Counted from the first letter of the stretch, positions 40,544-55,000 are shown. The stretch is 64,000 bases of DNA from Anthoceros angustus (GCA_010909165.1 VJWM01000202.1:62001-126000), one strand, 5' to 3'. Notes: a model not told the origin generated them from the sequence alone. A program made the numbers and translations.

Positions 40544-42089
40544 GTGACGCCGATCCAAGAGTGGATGAATCGTGGGAAAACATCTTCTCCGGAAATTAAA
40601 AGGGACCTGCAAGAGGGAGTACTTCCTCTGCTGTGTATGATCGATCCGAGGGAGTGCGTAAGCGTAGAGGTCTTTGACAAAGACAAGTTGAAAAGGCAGC
40701 AGTACACAATGGGAGTATTGGGTGGGAACCATAGCTTCTATGCATTCCAACGCCTGTACGCAGAAGACCCGGAGAACTCACACTTCCAGTATATGGAAGC
40801 TCATATATATGCAGGCTTAACCCAGGCAAAGATGCGGTGTCTGGCCACATATCACAATGTCAAGGCAGATTTCCGGAAGAGAATGTCTTTCATTGAGCAA
40901 GTCCGGTATATTCACGATGAAATGAAAATTGCGGCTGAGGAGGGTATGAGCATTACAATGGATTGGAAGTACAATCTATATCGGATGCTAGGCCATCGGC
41001 GACGCTCGATCGGGAAGAAATGCACGACTTGTCGACCGTAAAACCCGCTTTGCATTGCTAGTGTCCCGCCTCATGTGTGGACACGGTGGACGAGGTTTTC
41101 GATCTTTGGGAGAGGGGTGAGCTTCCAGCAAGGTAACCGGAAGAAAGGCAGCAAGAGGGGAAATCAAAACGTGACATGAGGAGCGGGATCCAAATTTGAT
41201 TATAAAGCCAATGCATGCGACCAATTGAGAGTTTTCTGGCATGCCTGTGAAGCGGTGAAAAGGATTATGTTGTCTCATACCGGAGAAAGTGATTCAAGGC
41301 GAGTTGACCGTGAGCGCATGAAAACGTGGATAACGAAGGCCAAGAAGTTGAATGTCATCCGCATGATTTTGCTCGACCGAGGTGCAATTCATTTGCGAAG
41401 TTGAGCGAGAATATCCGAGGCACTCAACACCGTAAGATATAGCGAAATTTCAACCGTGTTTGATCACATTGTAAGTACACGCATGTCCGCTCGAGTTAGC
41501 AAGCGCAAAACTAGTTTGCGACTGCCTTCATGTTGCACCTATGAACGCCTCCATCCCGTGCGTAATCAAGCAGTAAGAGTACAAAGAGAAGATGATACCC
41601 GATAGCTTCAAAGAGCACATCAATGCGGCAAGAAATTGGAAGAGGGTGGAAGATTTGCAGAGAGTCAAGAGGAAGACAACGACGCAAAACTAGACATTTT
41701 CCATGTTCAAAAGCAAGCAAAGGTCCGCTACTGTAATAACCGGTGATATTCGTGAAATGGCTGCCTACTTGGGGAAAAGAGAATACAAGTCGTTGGTCGC
41801 CGATTTACCAAGGGGCAATTTATCGGAGACATGGGATAAGGAGATGACATGTGAGGATTTGGAGAAGATAATGGATGGATTCATGACAATCACCGAATGC
41901 AAGACTTTCCGTGATATTCATGCATGGACTGACACATGTGATGTCCAAATGCACCGCGAAAATGGTGTGAAAAGGGGGTTTATACAATGGTCCGGGAGAA
42001 AGACAACTTGGTTTCTGGACGAGGGACTTTACGAGAATCATGAGTACATGACTGTGGGGGTATGGTGTTCACCCAATCTGAAGATATGA
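40544..42089 (+). pseudogene. TE-borne ParB-like domain followed by an N6A/N4C DNA-methyltransferase-like remnant
   Basis: YTMGVLGGNHS..AHIYAGLT..LATYHN..MSFIEQV (ParB/Srx-like GGNH); VITGDIRE..SLVADLPRG..WD..NHEYMTVG (degenerate DPPY-type motif IV); many frameshifts between. Confidence 0.45.
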
Positions 42090-43697
42090 GGAAGTGCGGC
42101 ATTGTCCAATAAAGAGGAATGAGATTGGAGCAATGCTATGCTTATTATTATAGCGCACTCGTGAAGAAACTTACAGCCATGAAGTGTTTCCATGCATTTA
42201 GGAAGAGTTGACCACCAAACCACACAAACGTGACATCCGGTTTTTGCCAAAGAGATGGCAGGGAGATCGCTCAGTCAACGCTACACTTGGTTCAAGGAAC
42301 ATGCGCACCCATCGACCTTCAAGACTTGAGTCAATCAGGGCCCAAGAAGAAGGAGAAGATGGCAAAAAGGTCCGAAAACCCTAAGAACCCGATGGAAAGA
42401 AGTGAAGACCAAGAAAGCGACCTACTTGGGACAACCAACATCCGAGACGCTTTGGCTTTGGCGAATCCCAAGGTGGAGAAACGCCATATCTTCCTCTTGC
42501 TATTTACGATCCGCAACGGCTGGAGAACGATGACATCGCCGCCCCGAGGACGGAAAGACAACATTCGCCAAACGAGCTAGAAACATACACCGTTGTCATG
42601 TGTTGAGATCATGAATGTGAGTGCGCGACAAGTTTGTGCACACATACGTGGCGGAAAGGTGAAAAGGTGATCGTGAATGTCTCCGGATGGTTTTCCTCGT
42701 AATTCCGATGTACAATGTGAGATATCGTGTATCGCAACAATAATTGAAATGTTTGCGAGTGACATGTCAGGGGAGAAATACCAAAAGGCGATTCAGTCGA
42801 TTCCGGCGTAAGAAAGGGGTCCGGAAACGTCCGTGTGCCAAAAGGGGTTTCATGAGACATCATGTACTCGACATCATGTACTCATGTACTCGACATTGTC
42901 ATCACTACCTTCAGCGACACTTTCACACGCAGGCTGTATGAAGCCACGCAACTCGCAGAGCTTATCCCTTATCGCTTTTTTGTCCACCGCATACACATGT
43001 TTCCGTACGTTCAACACAAACCCATGTCTGAGGATGGTATTTCATTCTACAAACATCTCTGTATGTTTTTAGGTAATGGACCTTATTCCTTTTTCCTCGG
43101 CATCGGACGGATGGGTTGGCACTCGGCGGACTATGTATTCCTACACATATCTCCCTTAAATGCATCATGTGCTCGGTCCGATACGATGGATGAGAAAGTG
43201 AGGTCGTGGTGCATCTAGCTTCGTCAATGACTCTCCCAATCCGAATGGCGTTATGTGTCCATAGTGCCGCAGCCTTGAAACATCCTTCAAGATTTCCATT
43301 ATGTCCCCATTCATCCGCGCCATTCCCACTGTTGCCTTCCGGCATTTTGATATGCCCCCAAGTACATATCACGTTGTGGGAGGTCCCTCAATAATGCCTC
43401 ATCTAGTAAAGCTTCATCTGGCACTTGAAGTGGTCAGGCTGTATGATCCACTTCTGCACGTGAAAACCACTTCCAAGAATGCTGTAGCACTAGCCCAATG
43501 TTATTCTCCACAATGATAGCAATCTCCTTTCGATCCACCCAAAAGGCTTCCCACCACTTGTACTCTTCAACAGTCACCTATGGACGCAACTCTTTTAACC
43601 CTTCCTGCAAATGGGCCACACCTTCCATTGGTGATAGGATACTGCGTTCCTTCTTGTCCCCCTAGCTTCACCCGCATGCACCGTAGGATGGTGCTAA

Positions 43698-43936
43698 GGG
43701 AGGCGGCCGGCGCCTCCCAGATGCCCATGGGCGCCCGGCGCCCTCCGCCCATAGGCGCCGGCCGGCCGGCGCCTCCCCTGCCTGGGCGCCGGCGCCTCCC
43801 CTAACACACCACGCCATGGGCGCCGGCGCCTCCCCCACCGCCCATGGGCGCCGGCCGGCGCCCCCTCCCCCACACGCCCGCCCATGGGCGCCCGGCCGGC
43901 GCCTCCCCTGCCCTACCCGGCCGGCGCCCCCATGGG
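43698..43936. repeat. GC-rich array of short palindromes
   Basis: Repeated cccatgggcgcc(c)ggccggcgcctcccc units. Confidence 0.8.
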
Positions 43937-44884
43937 CTCCTCATAGGTTGTTTTCAAGAAAATATATATTTAGCGGCTCAGATGTGTCGCAATTTGGGAT
44001 TGTTGGTCAAGTGTTTGGGAAACAATTGTAGTAGCGATTGTCTGTGCGGGTGAAGCTTTCAGGCGCAGTGACCAGCCAATATCTTACTGCTCTGCTTCTC
44101 TAAAACCCGTATCTCTTCAATAATCAATTTTGTTAACTTTAAGAATGCTTGCATGGGCGCATGGGCAACTAACTTTGTTCATTTTAAGGACACTGGCATT
44201 GCCTTAAAGCCCAAGTGGTTGCATTGAGTGCGGAAGGTTGAAGACCACATTGGCGACCTTTTGGATGAGGGTCGGCCCGATCTTGTGTGGCGATCGACAC
44301 CGATGGCCCAAGAATGGTACTATTGAAGGCGAGCAAGCAATGGAGGAGAACGACAACTTTGAGGCGGAGGATATGGACCGCCTCCAATATGGCGGTGGTA
44401 CTTGACTCGATTTAGCGCAAGGCATGGATGAGTCGCCAGGCCGCACTCTTGAATGACTATTGTCAATGCTGATGACCACTTCTTCCTTTAGCAGTTATTT
44501 GTTGCAATGTTCTCACGACCATTGAAATAAGACTCCCGCTAGTACATGATTGTTTTCATTGTGTTCCACCACTTGAAAGTAAAAGTTTTCAGTTGTAATA
44601 AACATATGAAAATGACAGCCCTCTATGCATTCTACAAAAACGCAGACGGGCCCACACCTTACTGTCCTCCAGTTCTCAGGTGGTAGACTTGAAAGTGCGT
44701 CTTTTATCACAGGTATAACCTCAGAAAGGGTGTGTGCATTATTAAAGTAGGACACATATGCTATTAATAGGTGTTAATATGTGCTATTCTAGGAAAGCTG
44801 TTCTTTGTCTAGGAAAGCTGTTCTTTGTGACAGGGGTGCTGTCTCGACAGAGGTTACTATATTCCCTTCAAAAATTATCGTGTT

Positions 44885-46486
44885 AAACGAATTTCACCAA
44901 TAAGCGTCACAGCTAGCAACATCTGGACTTCACCCACAAATCAGATTTTGAACAACAGGATCCTGAGGAGTGTTTCGTGACATACATGTCGGTGGTGGTG
45001 AAGGCGATCAGCTCGCAACCTTCGCGGCCAGCTCGCTTCATTGCCGGATGGCCCATGGGCACCATCAACATTTGACCCTCTTCCATTTCCTCGTCCAAGC
45101 AGCGCTCACCGTTGGGCCTGACCACTTGCACACGGACGGATCCCCTGCTGCAGTACAGCATGTTGTGTCCGTTGGACATGTATCCTGGGGCCACCATAGC
45201 CTCCTGAGGAAGATCAATAGATCAGAAGGAGATCAACAAATAACAAACAGATCCTTATGGATGGAATTTCTGTCTTTCGACGGTACCGCCAAAGAGCGAT
45301 GCATATCCCATCAGGACTTACGGGTTCCAAGCGAATTCGGATAGCACCCATTCCAGTCTGCGGTCGCATGGTGTGGAGCACAGGCAGGCGGAAGCGTTTG
45401 AGGATAGTCATGCAGCCTCCCCTGCTGCTGTAGTGGTCGCAGTTGGCGTGCTCCATGTCGTACATGAAGTGCATCATGGACAGGGACGCCATGGACCGAT
45501 CGGACTCGCTCCCTTCACGCCCACACTGGTTGCACATGAGATCGTGGAAGGGATGATCCTTTTCCACTCGGATGATGCCGCTTCCCTCTGACTGTTAACC
45601 AGCCTCCACCATCTGTTCGTCCACGTTCCATCAGGCCGCCAGCAACTCCTTGCTGAAGCCTTGCATCACGCCGCCGCACTGCTCGTTTCTACCTCCCATC
45701 AACATGAACCCCTGCGCATAGACCACGCCGGATCGGCCATCAACACTCACCCGCATTGCAGTAATCAATCTGTAATCTATTTAGCGACGTTTGCAAGAAA
45801 GCTCTCTTACGCTGCATCGCGCAGGCTTGAATGCTGCCATCGAGGTGTCGGCCATGGCCACCGTGTTCCTGCTCCCTCCGAGCGTGGTCATGGTTGTGCT
45901 AGTGTTCGTGCTTTCGCTCGCGGTCCTCCTCCCGGCGGTGATCACGGCCCCAGGCACACTCACAGCCCCGACTTTCGTCTCCCATGTGGTAGAACCAGAA
46001 CACCATGCCGCGTGGGACTGCCACAACCTCACCCTTCCTGATCATGCGGTAGTCCCGGCGGGCGCCCATCGGCAGGCTCATGCCCATCATCGCCCGCCCT
46101 GTAGGCAAGAACCATGCCACAGAGTAAGCAATCAGAGAAGGAGAGGACGGTTGTTGAGAATGTGCAATGTGCGGGCACACGTTTTCACAACGATGGGATG
46201 ATGAGATTCACGTACCTTGGGGTACAATAAATGAGCAGCGCGGAGTCCGTGTACTTGGGCAGCAGCAACCCGCGCTCCCTTAGTTGGATGCGCGCGCCTT
46301 CCATGCCCGCATTCTCCAGAGCTTCACAGCGATCCGATCTCCACATGTCGAATCGGCCCCCATCGGACTCGAACATTGTATCGGCTTCCAGCCTCGCGCA
46401 CTGAGCCTGGTCAGCCATCGCTGTGGCCACCAGCGTGGCCACAGGAGGCCGGCAAGCACCACTCTCAACCTGCCCGTGGGCGCCAT
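44885..46486 (-). pseudogene. 11S-globulin-like bicupin pseudogene (copy C), exons 1-4
   Basis: High similarity to copies A and B; ATG at 46486; frameshifts in the signal peptide and exons 1-3; homology stops in intron 4 at ~44885. Confidence 0.85.
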
Positions 46487-49400
46487 GGTTGCAAATTGCA
46501 ATCACTTGCCAGGGATTGTCTAATGTGTAGAGCTATGGACGCCCAGGAGTAAGGGAAGGAGAAGACTATGTGACAGAACAAGCAGGAGCGGGCTTCTATA
46601 GCAGTGATCTGCATGTACCGACTGGAACGAGCGCCCGCGGATGCGCATGCAACTCCATGCTAAGCACTGTTGCCAAGCCTAGTGGTTCCCTCAACTGAAC
46701 GTGTCTTGCCAGACTCTGGCGGTTTTGCCTCAGTGTATCAAATACGTGTACTTCCTAATCACAACTGTCCTCAGAAAATTAGCCACATCCTTCCCACGTT
46801 TGGAGGAACTGGGAATTTGTTTGTCCTTTTGGCTATGATAGCTCACACTTCCCAAACCTCTTGCAGTTTGTTTGATTACAACGACAGCATGGATGCTGAA
46901 ATCAGTGGAGATCAGTGGAAGAGTGACGTTGGAATCAGTTATCTCAAAATGCCTGATAATGATATTCCACTCTACATCATGTTACAGTTAGGTATTTCTT
47001 GAGAGACGAGCCCTGGCATTGCCGGGGTCGAACAGGAATTTTCACCAAGAAACGTGTTTTCCACCAAAACTAATGCAGACCAAAGAATTTCACAACAGGA
47101 GGAACCCACAATGTAGGGGTGGTGGAACTCCTGTAGACAGGACAGGAATATTGCCGTATAATATCCTGCTTCTGTCGCGCAAGAGATTCCGTTCCCAGTG
47201 ACAAAAACGCGTTTGACACGTCTGCCTTGGATTCAGTACTGTCAGCTCCAAGTATGGCCTCCGAGGCATAGGGTTGCGCTGGTCTGCCAGGCCTTGTTTA
47301 GGGACTGACAGTGGTTTGGTGGCTTCACCGCGGGTAGTAGTAAGGATTGGCCATCTGGAATTCCACGTCAAAACAAGGAACAAAGAATCTTGAATCAACA
47401 AGGTTCCCAAAAAAGCCAATTTGTGGGCCGAGGAGGCATTGCCAATCATGTAAAGCAGGGCCTGATGAGTATGTTGTGTTGGATGGAGTAGACGAACACC
47501 TTCAAACACGTGAGATCACCACAATGCGATTGCAAACCGTGACTTGACGTTTCAGAATATCACATTGCCGTGGTTGATGCGGCTCTGCTGGTTTTGAGCT
47601 ACAGACACAGAAATCCACATGGGAACCGACAGGGTTTCAGTTTGTAAGTTTCATATAGAGGATAAACAGTGAGAGTCGTCCAAAAGCCTGTTCCTGCTCC
47701 CTCACTCAAAACAATAAAGCAAGAGACGTTGGCAAGAATCTGGGAGATACCTCCTGCTCGAAAGAAGAGGTATGCCTCACAATTGACTTCCATTTCATAA
47801 AATGCTTTGTCCGTCATTTGACTCTCCCCATAAGCCAAAATTGACGAGGGAAATTTGGCTCCCAAGCAATCATGTCAAGCCCCAAAAAACATTCCCACTT
47901 GATGATGAAAGTCCTCTGTCCGCTGTAAAACTACTATAAAATCAGAGGCAGAGAAACACCTTGTAAAAGAAAGCCAAGCCTGAAATATATATGTGTATGT
48001 TCAGGTTGTCAGCGACTTACACGATGCCAAAGTTGGAGTACAGACTTTGGCAGTCTTGACGAGTTGGCTCTGTGCCATTTGAATTGTCTCACTGCCAGTA
48101 CCTCAAGGAAATGCAAGTCAGACGAAAGAGGTACTCTTCCACCTTCAGCATTGGTTCAAAATTTCTCTCTGGTGAAGTAGTGACAACCATCCTGCGAGTA
48201 CTCAAACATCATTGCACCTGTAGCGCCACCCCAGTATCTCATCCTATGCACCCACCTTCACCAAGTATAACTACAAAACGTTGCAAGTAATCCAGCTGCA
48301 GCCCTAACTCACCTTGGAGAGCTTGTATGGTAGCGTATTTCGCATGATTTCCATGTTCATCTCACCAGCATCCTGCAAGACGGCATGACCAATTCCCAGC
48401 CAACAGTTCAAAACTACCCCATCATCCAAGATAGACGCGCCAACAGGCTAGGAGTTCACCCCGGAGGTGATGCGGACTCAGAAGCAGCGAGCCCAAGGAA
48501 TGGCCACAAGGAGCAGACGGCACAATCCTGGCATGGGATTCAATACTGCGACAGACCGCGAAGCAATGAGAGAGGAGCAAACACGGAGCACAATCTGGTA
48601 CTCGGAATTGAGTAAACGCAAACGGGCATGGGGCTGGGCTTCAGAAGGACCAGGCAAGCGGTAATTGCGCGTATGAGCCTGCCTACAAACGAGGCTGGGA
48701 TTGGGGGGCAATTCCCGCCTGGAATTGCTCCTGAAGCTTGCACCGACAATCGAAGCGAGAGCATGATCACTCAAGTAGTGAGCCCGGAGAACACCCTGAC
48801 GAGCTGGGTGACGCGCAGAGGTCATGTCAAACATGGCCAGCAGATGACACTCTTGGCGAAGCTCTTGCGCATCCTATTTATGCAGAGCTGGAACCACATT
48901 ATCCCTCAAGTGACCATGATCCATCCACAAGCCGCAGGCTCGCAGCCACCTCAACATCTGTTCCAGCTGTTCCAGCTGCGCAGACGCATGTAAACCCTTA
49001 CAGCTCACGTTGTAACAAACTCCAAGAATGTCGAGGGCGAAGAAGCAACTTGAGCTAGCACGTGGACATACTAGTCGGCCGATATCTGATTGCTCGTCGC
49101 TACATCTAGTTGCCATGAGCCTGATCTGCTCCGAGATCCGGTTTTGGCTACCTCCCCCTTCCCCCAGGCAGCCGCGGGTCCAGGACCCTGGACCCTCCCC
49201 GCGCGAAATCCGTAGCCGAAAGGGGCGGGATGTGTGTGGATTATTCACTCCTAATACACACATTTCACACTTGTGCTAAGTACGTTCAAAGCCCAAGATT
49301 TGTGGGGAGGTGGAGGACGTCAGTCTCGAGCGCGTGCGACTTGGCGGCGTGTCGACTTGACCCAGACTTGAGGGACTGGGTTGAAGGAAGCTGTTACGTG

Positions 49401-52054
49401 TAGCCAAAGTCAGATTGGAGGAATGGTGGAAAGGCAGGAAGCTGTTCCGTGTTATCTGTGTGTGTACATACTCGTGTGAAATTGTGGACTTGGAGAAACA
49501 CAGTTTTCGGAGTGAAATCGGAAGCTCGAGGACGAGATTCCAGTTTCCACACTATGTACACAGTAGGTATGTTCTTGGGCTGTGAGCATACTATCATATG
49601 GTCAGGTTGTTGGGTTGTTGCGGGCCTCATCCATGCCAATGTTTTATGGGGTCCATGTCCATGCTTCAGCATCCCCTCTCTACCGACTCCTCCATCCCTC
49701 ATCTTAACCGCGCGTCTGCGCTGATCCCTGACCGCGCAGGCCTGGTTTCCTGCTTGCAGGGATCCCTCGCCCTCCCGCGTTGGCGTGGAGGGCATCGGCT
49801 GCTAATCTTTCGAGGCAAAACAGAGTTCCGAGCAGACCTTTCGTGGGTTGATAGCAAGACGCACATGAGAACGAGAAGCAGAACGAGAACACTTCGCTGG
49901 TGGATTAGGCCCTAAATGGGATGCCCAGTCTTTACATTTCGGTTTGTCATTTATATCCCTCCTTCCCCTCCTTCCGTTGATTATGGAGATGAGCTTCCTG
50001 GTAGAATGCGGAGCGGAGATGGGTTCCTGCTTAGGGACGGCCATCCCCCCTTAGCCCTTAGTGGACTTCCAAAAAATGATCTTTCGCCCTCCCTCCTTCC
50101 CTCCCTCGGTATGGAGTTATTTTGGGAAAACTCTCCCTTCCTCCTTCGTGATGGAGAGAGCTTCGACGGAATCGTGCGACGCACAGTAAATATGGCGCGG
50201 CATAGATCAGGGTTCATCATCCGGGGGACGGCACGCAAGTGGGTGGGTACATGCATCGGTTTTCGTGGAGAGGGGAAGTCCCCATGTTCCATGGAGATGG
50301 CAGCGGCGAGTCCTACGACTGGCCAAATGACATTTACGGTGAGCCATGTTGTTGTACAGAGGTGTGTGGATATGTGAGAAACAAAATGTGAGGAAATCGG
50401 GTGCAATGGACAAGGTAGATGGTATGCATGTGGACATGGCCTAGCCTGGTACATGGAGTGCAGGAGTGCAGGAGTGCAGGAGTTCCCGGTGTCAGGGTTG
50501 GTAGGCCTGCATGTCAAGTGGATAGCGCAGTCCTTTTGCGGGCCGTTAAGTTAGGCGGCAGCTGTTAGTGCGGTGTTAAATGGGAGAGAGTGGAATGGAT
50601 TCGTGATTCGTTGCTTCTGGTTCCGGGAGGACTGTCCGCTGGCGCTGGCGTGGGCGCAGGCGCTGGTCACGGTATCTGGGCTGGCAATGTCGTGCCCTGG
50701 CCCGTGCCAATCTCTCTCCTACGCTGCTTTCACTGTTGCTGTAGATTGTCGGTATTTGCATGCGGCCGAGGAGCCTGGATGGCTTTTCCGGAACAGCAAA
50801 TGCAGGTGACTGCTGCTGCTGCTGCTGCAATTCCCCTTCCTCCTCCTCTTGCACACCATCTGCGGCAGTGCTGAGAATGGAAAACGATGCGCTGCTTTCG
50901 CACTCCGCACCGTCTCTTTCTGCCCATCTGGCTCCGCTTCCGAGTCTGGCTCCAACGATCTAGGCAGACGGCTGTGTGATGGGAGCTGGGTCACATTGGT
51001 TTCTCCTTTATTATGACCTCCGGGGAACTCCTGTTGTGCGGACTGCTCTGCCGCCTCCAGCTGCTGCTCTTTGTTACATTTTCTCTCTCCACCGAGAAGA
51101 CTGCGGCAGCCCAGAGCTCGGAACAGGCTCCAGCCCACCCCGCCTCCTCTCTCTGTGTGTGTAGAGGGAGAAGCAGCGGGTCTGCCGGGCCTGGCTCTGG
51201 GCCTGGGCCTGTCCCCGCGCACCTTTGGCAGCGCACCGCAGTCACGAGACAGTCGCAGCACAGGCTTCCACCGCCAGCACCCAGCACCCACTTCTGCTGC
51301 GTCGCCTCTTCTGCCTCTCCCTTTTCCCTTTCTCCTCCGCGTCGACTTGCCTGCCCCTCGCCCGGCCTGGCTGTCTTTTGGTGGTACCGCTGATCTGAGA
51401 GACGGCAGAGCACAGCAATTCGCAGCCCCGCCCTGGCCTCCCATGTGCGCCTAGCAACTGGCGTGCTTGCCCTGCGGTCTCGCTCTCGTCCTTCCCCTGC
51501 CCCTGCCTCTGCCTCTGCCTCCGCCTCCGCCTCCTTTTCTGCAAGGCGGTTGTTTTGCGTGTGCCTCCGCACAGCTTCTTGTGCTGCAGGGCGGAGCTGG
51601 GTGTCGTGGGCTCGACATGGACGCGGGAGATGCAGCTTTTAGGTGTAGGTTTTGGGACAGCCGGGACCTGATACTGTGGGATCTGCTACTCTGACCGCCC
51701 GGGCACCTGGGGAGGCCCCGGGCGCGTGCACTGTGGGCCAAGGATGATGATCTGACACTCTCTCGGAGCTGGACCCTGCGGGATGAGACAAATCTCCGGG
51801 GGCAGACCTAAGGCAGCACAGGGTGGGTAATGTGAGCATCCGGAGGAATCTTGAGGCCCGGCTCATGGTGCCGTGCAGGCTCGAGTGCCACCAATTTCTG
51901 GCTGTGCCTTCTCGGGTTTACTTGCATTCTGCTCGCGCGCGATGCCCGTGTGGCGTCCTCCAATTGCCTAGTTTGGTGGGTGGCGGAGGCGGAAGATGGT
52001 TCCGCTCCGGTATATGAGGATGAGGGCGCAACCCGCTGACTGTTGACTTCCTCT

Positions 52055-55000
52055 ATGGAGAAGGAGCGCAGGAACAGTATGTCTGGTGGTTCATCCTCGT
52101 ATGAGCGTCCGCGAGGGCGGGGGACGAATCTGGTTTGTTTACGTTGCTGCTACCCTCTCTGCATCACATGGTTGTATGCCGGTTCTCCGCTGCCGGATGC
52201 GCCCTCATAGCCTCACCTCAGTCTCCATCTCTTTTTCCCTTTCCGCTTAGTTACTCAGGACTCCAGTATCGTCTGTACTTGACTTGTGCTCTGGCACAGC
52301 TCGTGCCTAACTAAGAGACTGGGGTGTGAAAAATGTCACCCGATTCCTAGCTGACAGAAGGAACGTCCGTCTGGGTGGACAGTTCTTCACTTCTGAAGCA
52401 TGCGGGAATGTCATTACAAGCAGGGAGCCTTGTGTATACAACCGTATAACTCACCTGGCTTTCCTCCTTGCTTGCAGGTTTTCAAGAGTGGTCCCCTGTA
52501 CATATCCTCCAAAGGTACACCCACCCCTTTCTAGGACTGGTGCTAGTTTGCGTGCTTGAGAAAGGAAACTAATCGCACATCTTGCCACTATGGGCAACTC
52601 TCTCTGCCGATTACTCCAGGGCTTGGATGGAAGTCGTGGAAGCGTCGCTGGTTTATTCTTACTAGAAGTTCTCTAGTGTTCTTCAAGAATGATCCGGTAA
52701 CGGCTCAATTCGGCTTTCTCCGGTTTCCGTGGGCCCTTGAATTCAAGGGTCTATTTTCTCACCACACTAAAACCTTGGTTGTTCATTTCTCTTCTATCGG
52801 ATCCGATGGTGCAGAATGTGGTGCCTGCAAAATCCAATGAAGTGAATCTTACTCTGGGTGGCATTGATCTCAACAACTCTGGCAGGTGTGCTGTTTACTT
52901 GACAGATGCTGAAACCGTTTCAGCGTAACTGATGCTCCAAGTAGATGCTGACAGCTTGAATTGTGTGATTCAAACAGCGTTCTTGTTCGGGCTGAGAAGA
53001 AGCTTCTTACAGTGCTGTTCCCTGATGGCCGGGCTTTCACTCTGAAGGTAGTTGGAGTACACTGTAGCTGAGCTTTTTTCTAGTGCCTTCCCTCTCCCTG
53101 TGAGTTGAGTGTGGTTCTGAATACAGGCAGAAACATCAGAAGATGTAGATGACTGGAGAATTGCTCTTGAGCGGGCTCTAGCTGCCGCTCCAGATGCAGC
53201 TCTAGTCATGGGCCATAATGGGATTTTCCGCAATGACTCCATCGATGCAATGGACAGCTCATTAGACCTAGGTGAGGGTCTTACTGTTCCAGGGATGCTA
53301 TGTTTGTGCATCATGTCAGTTGTAGTGCAACAATTATGGAACGGATGTCATAGTCTTATGACTTTCCTGGTGGGGTCTGAACAGGAAGGGACAGAAGGCC
53401 TGTGAAATCGCTGGTCATCGGACGACCGATTCTACTCGCTCTGGAAGACATTGATGGGAGCCCCTCCTTCCTGGAGAAGGCACTCTGCTTTATTGAGCGC
53501 TATGGTAAGCCGACATAGCACATCTGAAGGGGCTTTGTCATGTTCTGCAACTCGTGAGCCTCACTATGGAAAATCTAGATACGCTTACCAATAATGTGGC
53601 ACACGGTTCCGGGGTCTCCCTTGATATATGGAATATTTTGCCGACAGGTCTAAGAGTAGAGGGCATTTTAAGGCAATCAGCGGATGTAGATGAAGTTGAA
53701 CGACGTGTGCGGGATTATGAACAAGGTGATGTTGGTTCTGGTGGGAACTGGCACGTAGCATGCATCTACAGGCCTAGTACTTTGTTGCCGGAGGAGTATT
53801 TGTCAGACTGCTGTCACTTTCCGAGTTCTTGGCATTGTTCAGCGCTCTACATGCCTTTAATTGACCTAAAGCTTGACTGTGTGCTTCCAGGTCGTAATCA
53901 GTTTGCCCCAGATGAAGATGCCCATGTGGTTGCAGACTGTATCAAGGTGTGCTCTTGGCTGATGCAGTTGAAAGGTGAAGAGGTCCTGATGAAGACTTGC
54001 GAATAATCGCCAAACATGTACTTATTTGGTTCTTTTGACTCTGGTGCAGCATGTCCTGAGAGAGCTGCCTTCCTCCCCTGTGCCAACGCCATGCTGCACT
54101 GCACTTCTTGAAGCACACCGTAAGTCTCATTCACGACCTCCCAACATTGTTTATGAATTCATTATCATATATTCCGTGCCCCTGTAATGTATGTTCTGGC
54201 ATTTTGGATATTAGGTCTGGAGAGCAGAGATGCTCGAGTAACTTCTATGCGCTTAGCTGTGGCGGACACTTTTCCTGAACCAAATCGCCGATTGCTCCAG
54301 AGGTAATTGTTAGCCTGAGTTTTTCTGGTGTGACCTCCATTGCTAGGACCCTTCACTATGTGTGGTCTTGACATTGTTTTACATGCAGGATTTTGAGAAT
54401 GATGCGTGCCATAGCAGCACATACTCTGGAGAACAGGATGTCATCTTCAGCAGTTGCAGCTTGTATGGCTCCCCTGCTATTGCGTCCCCTGTTGGCAGGG
54501 GAATGTGGTCTGGATGACGACTCAGACATTAGTGGTGACAATGCTGCACAGCTTCTTGCTGCAACCGCAGCTGCGAACAATGCTCAGTCCATCGTCACGA
54601 CTCTTCTTGAAGACTATCAAGAAATTTTTGAGGTTTCTACTTATACTCTACCAATAGCTATGCTCTTGGTCTGTTTGGCTCGCTTGTCTAGGACCTGTAG
54701 ACAGAATCCAAATATTGGCAGTGCAATAGATTGCATATGCCTAGCAGATGCGATGTCATAGAAGCTGTTCTGGTGCTGTGTGGCTAGTTTCTCAGTGAAG
54801 TTGTTTTCCTGATGTCAATTTTCTACCTTTGTGTGGTGCAGGACTACGAACCATTACAAACGCCTCCATCACCGATACTGTATGCACCTCAAGATGAGGG
54901 CAGAAGCGAAGATTCAGAGGAAGAATCAGTACATGTCCATGAGGGATATCATGATGCACAAATTGATCTAGAAGGCGAACTTGAGGATGACCGCGACAGG

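Noticed and set aside
50573-52039. Multiple overlapping ORFs upstream of the RhoGAP gene
   Set aside because: GC/CT-rich promoter and 5' leader with low-complexity translations
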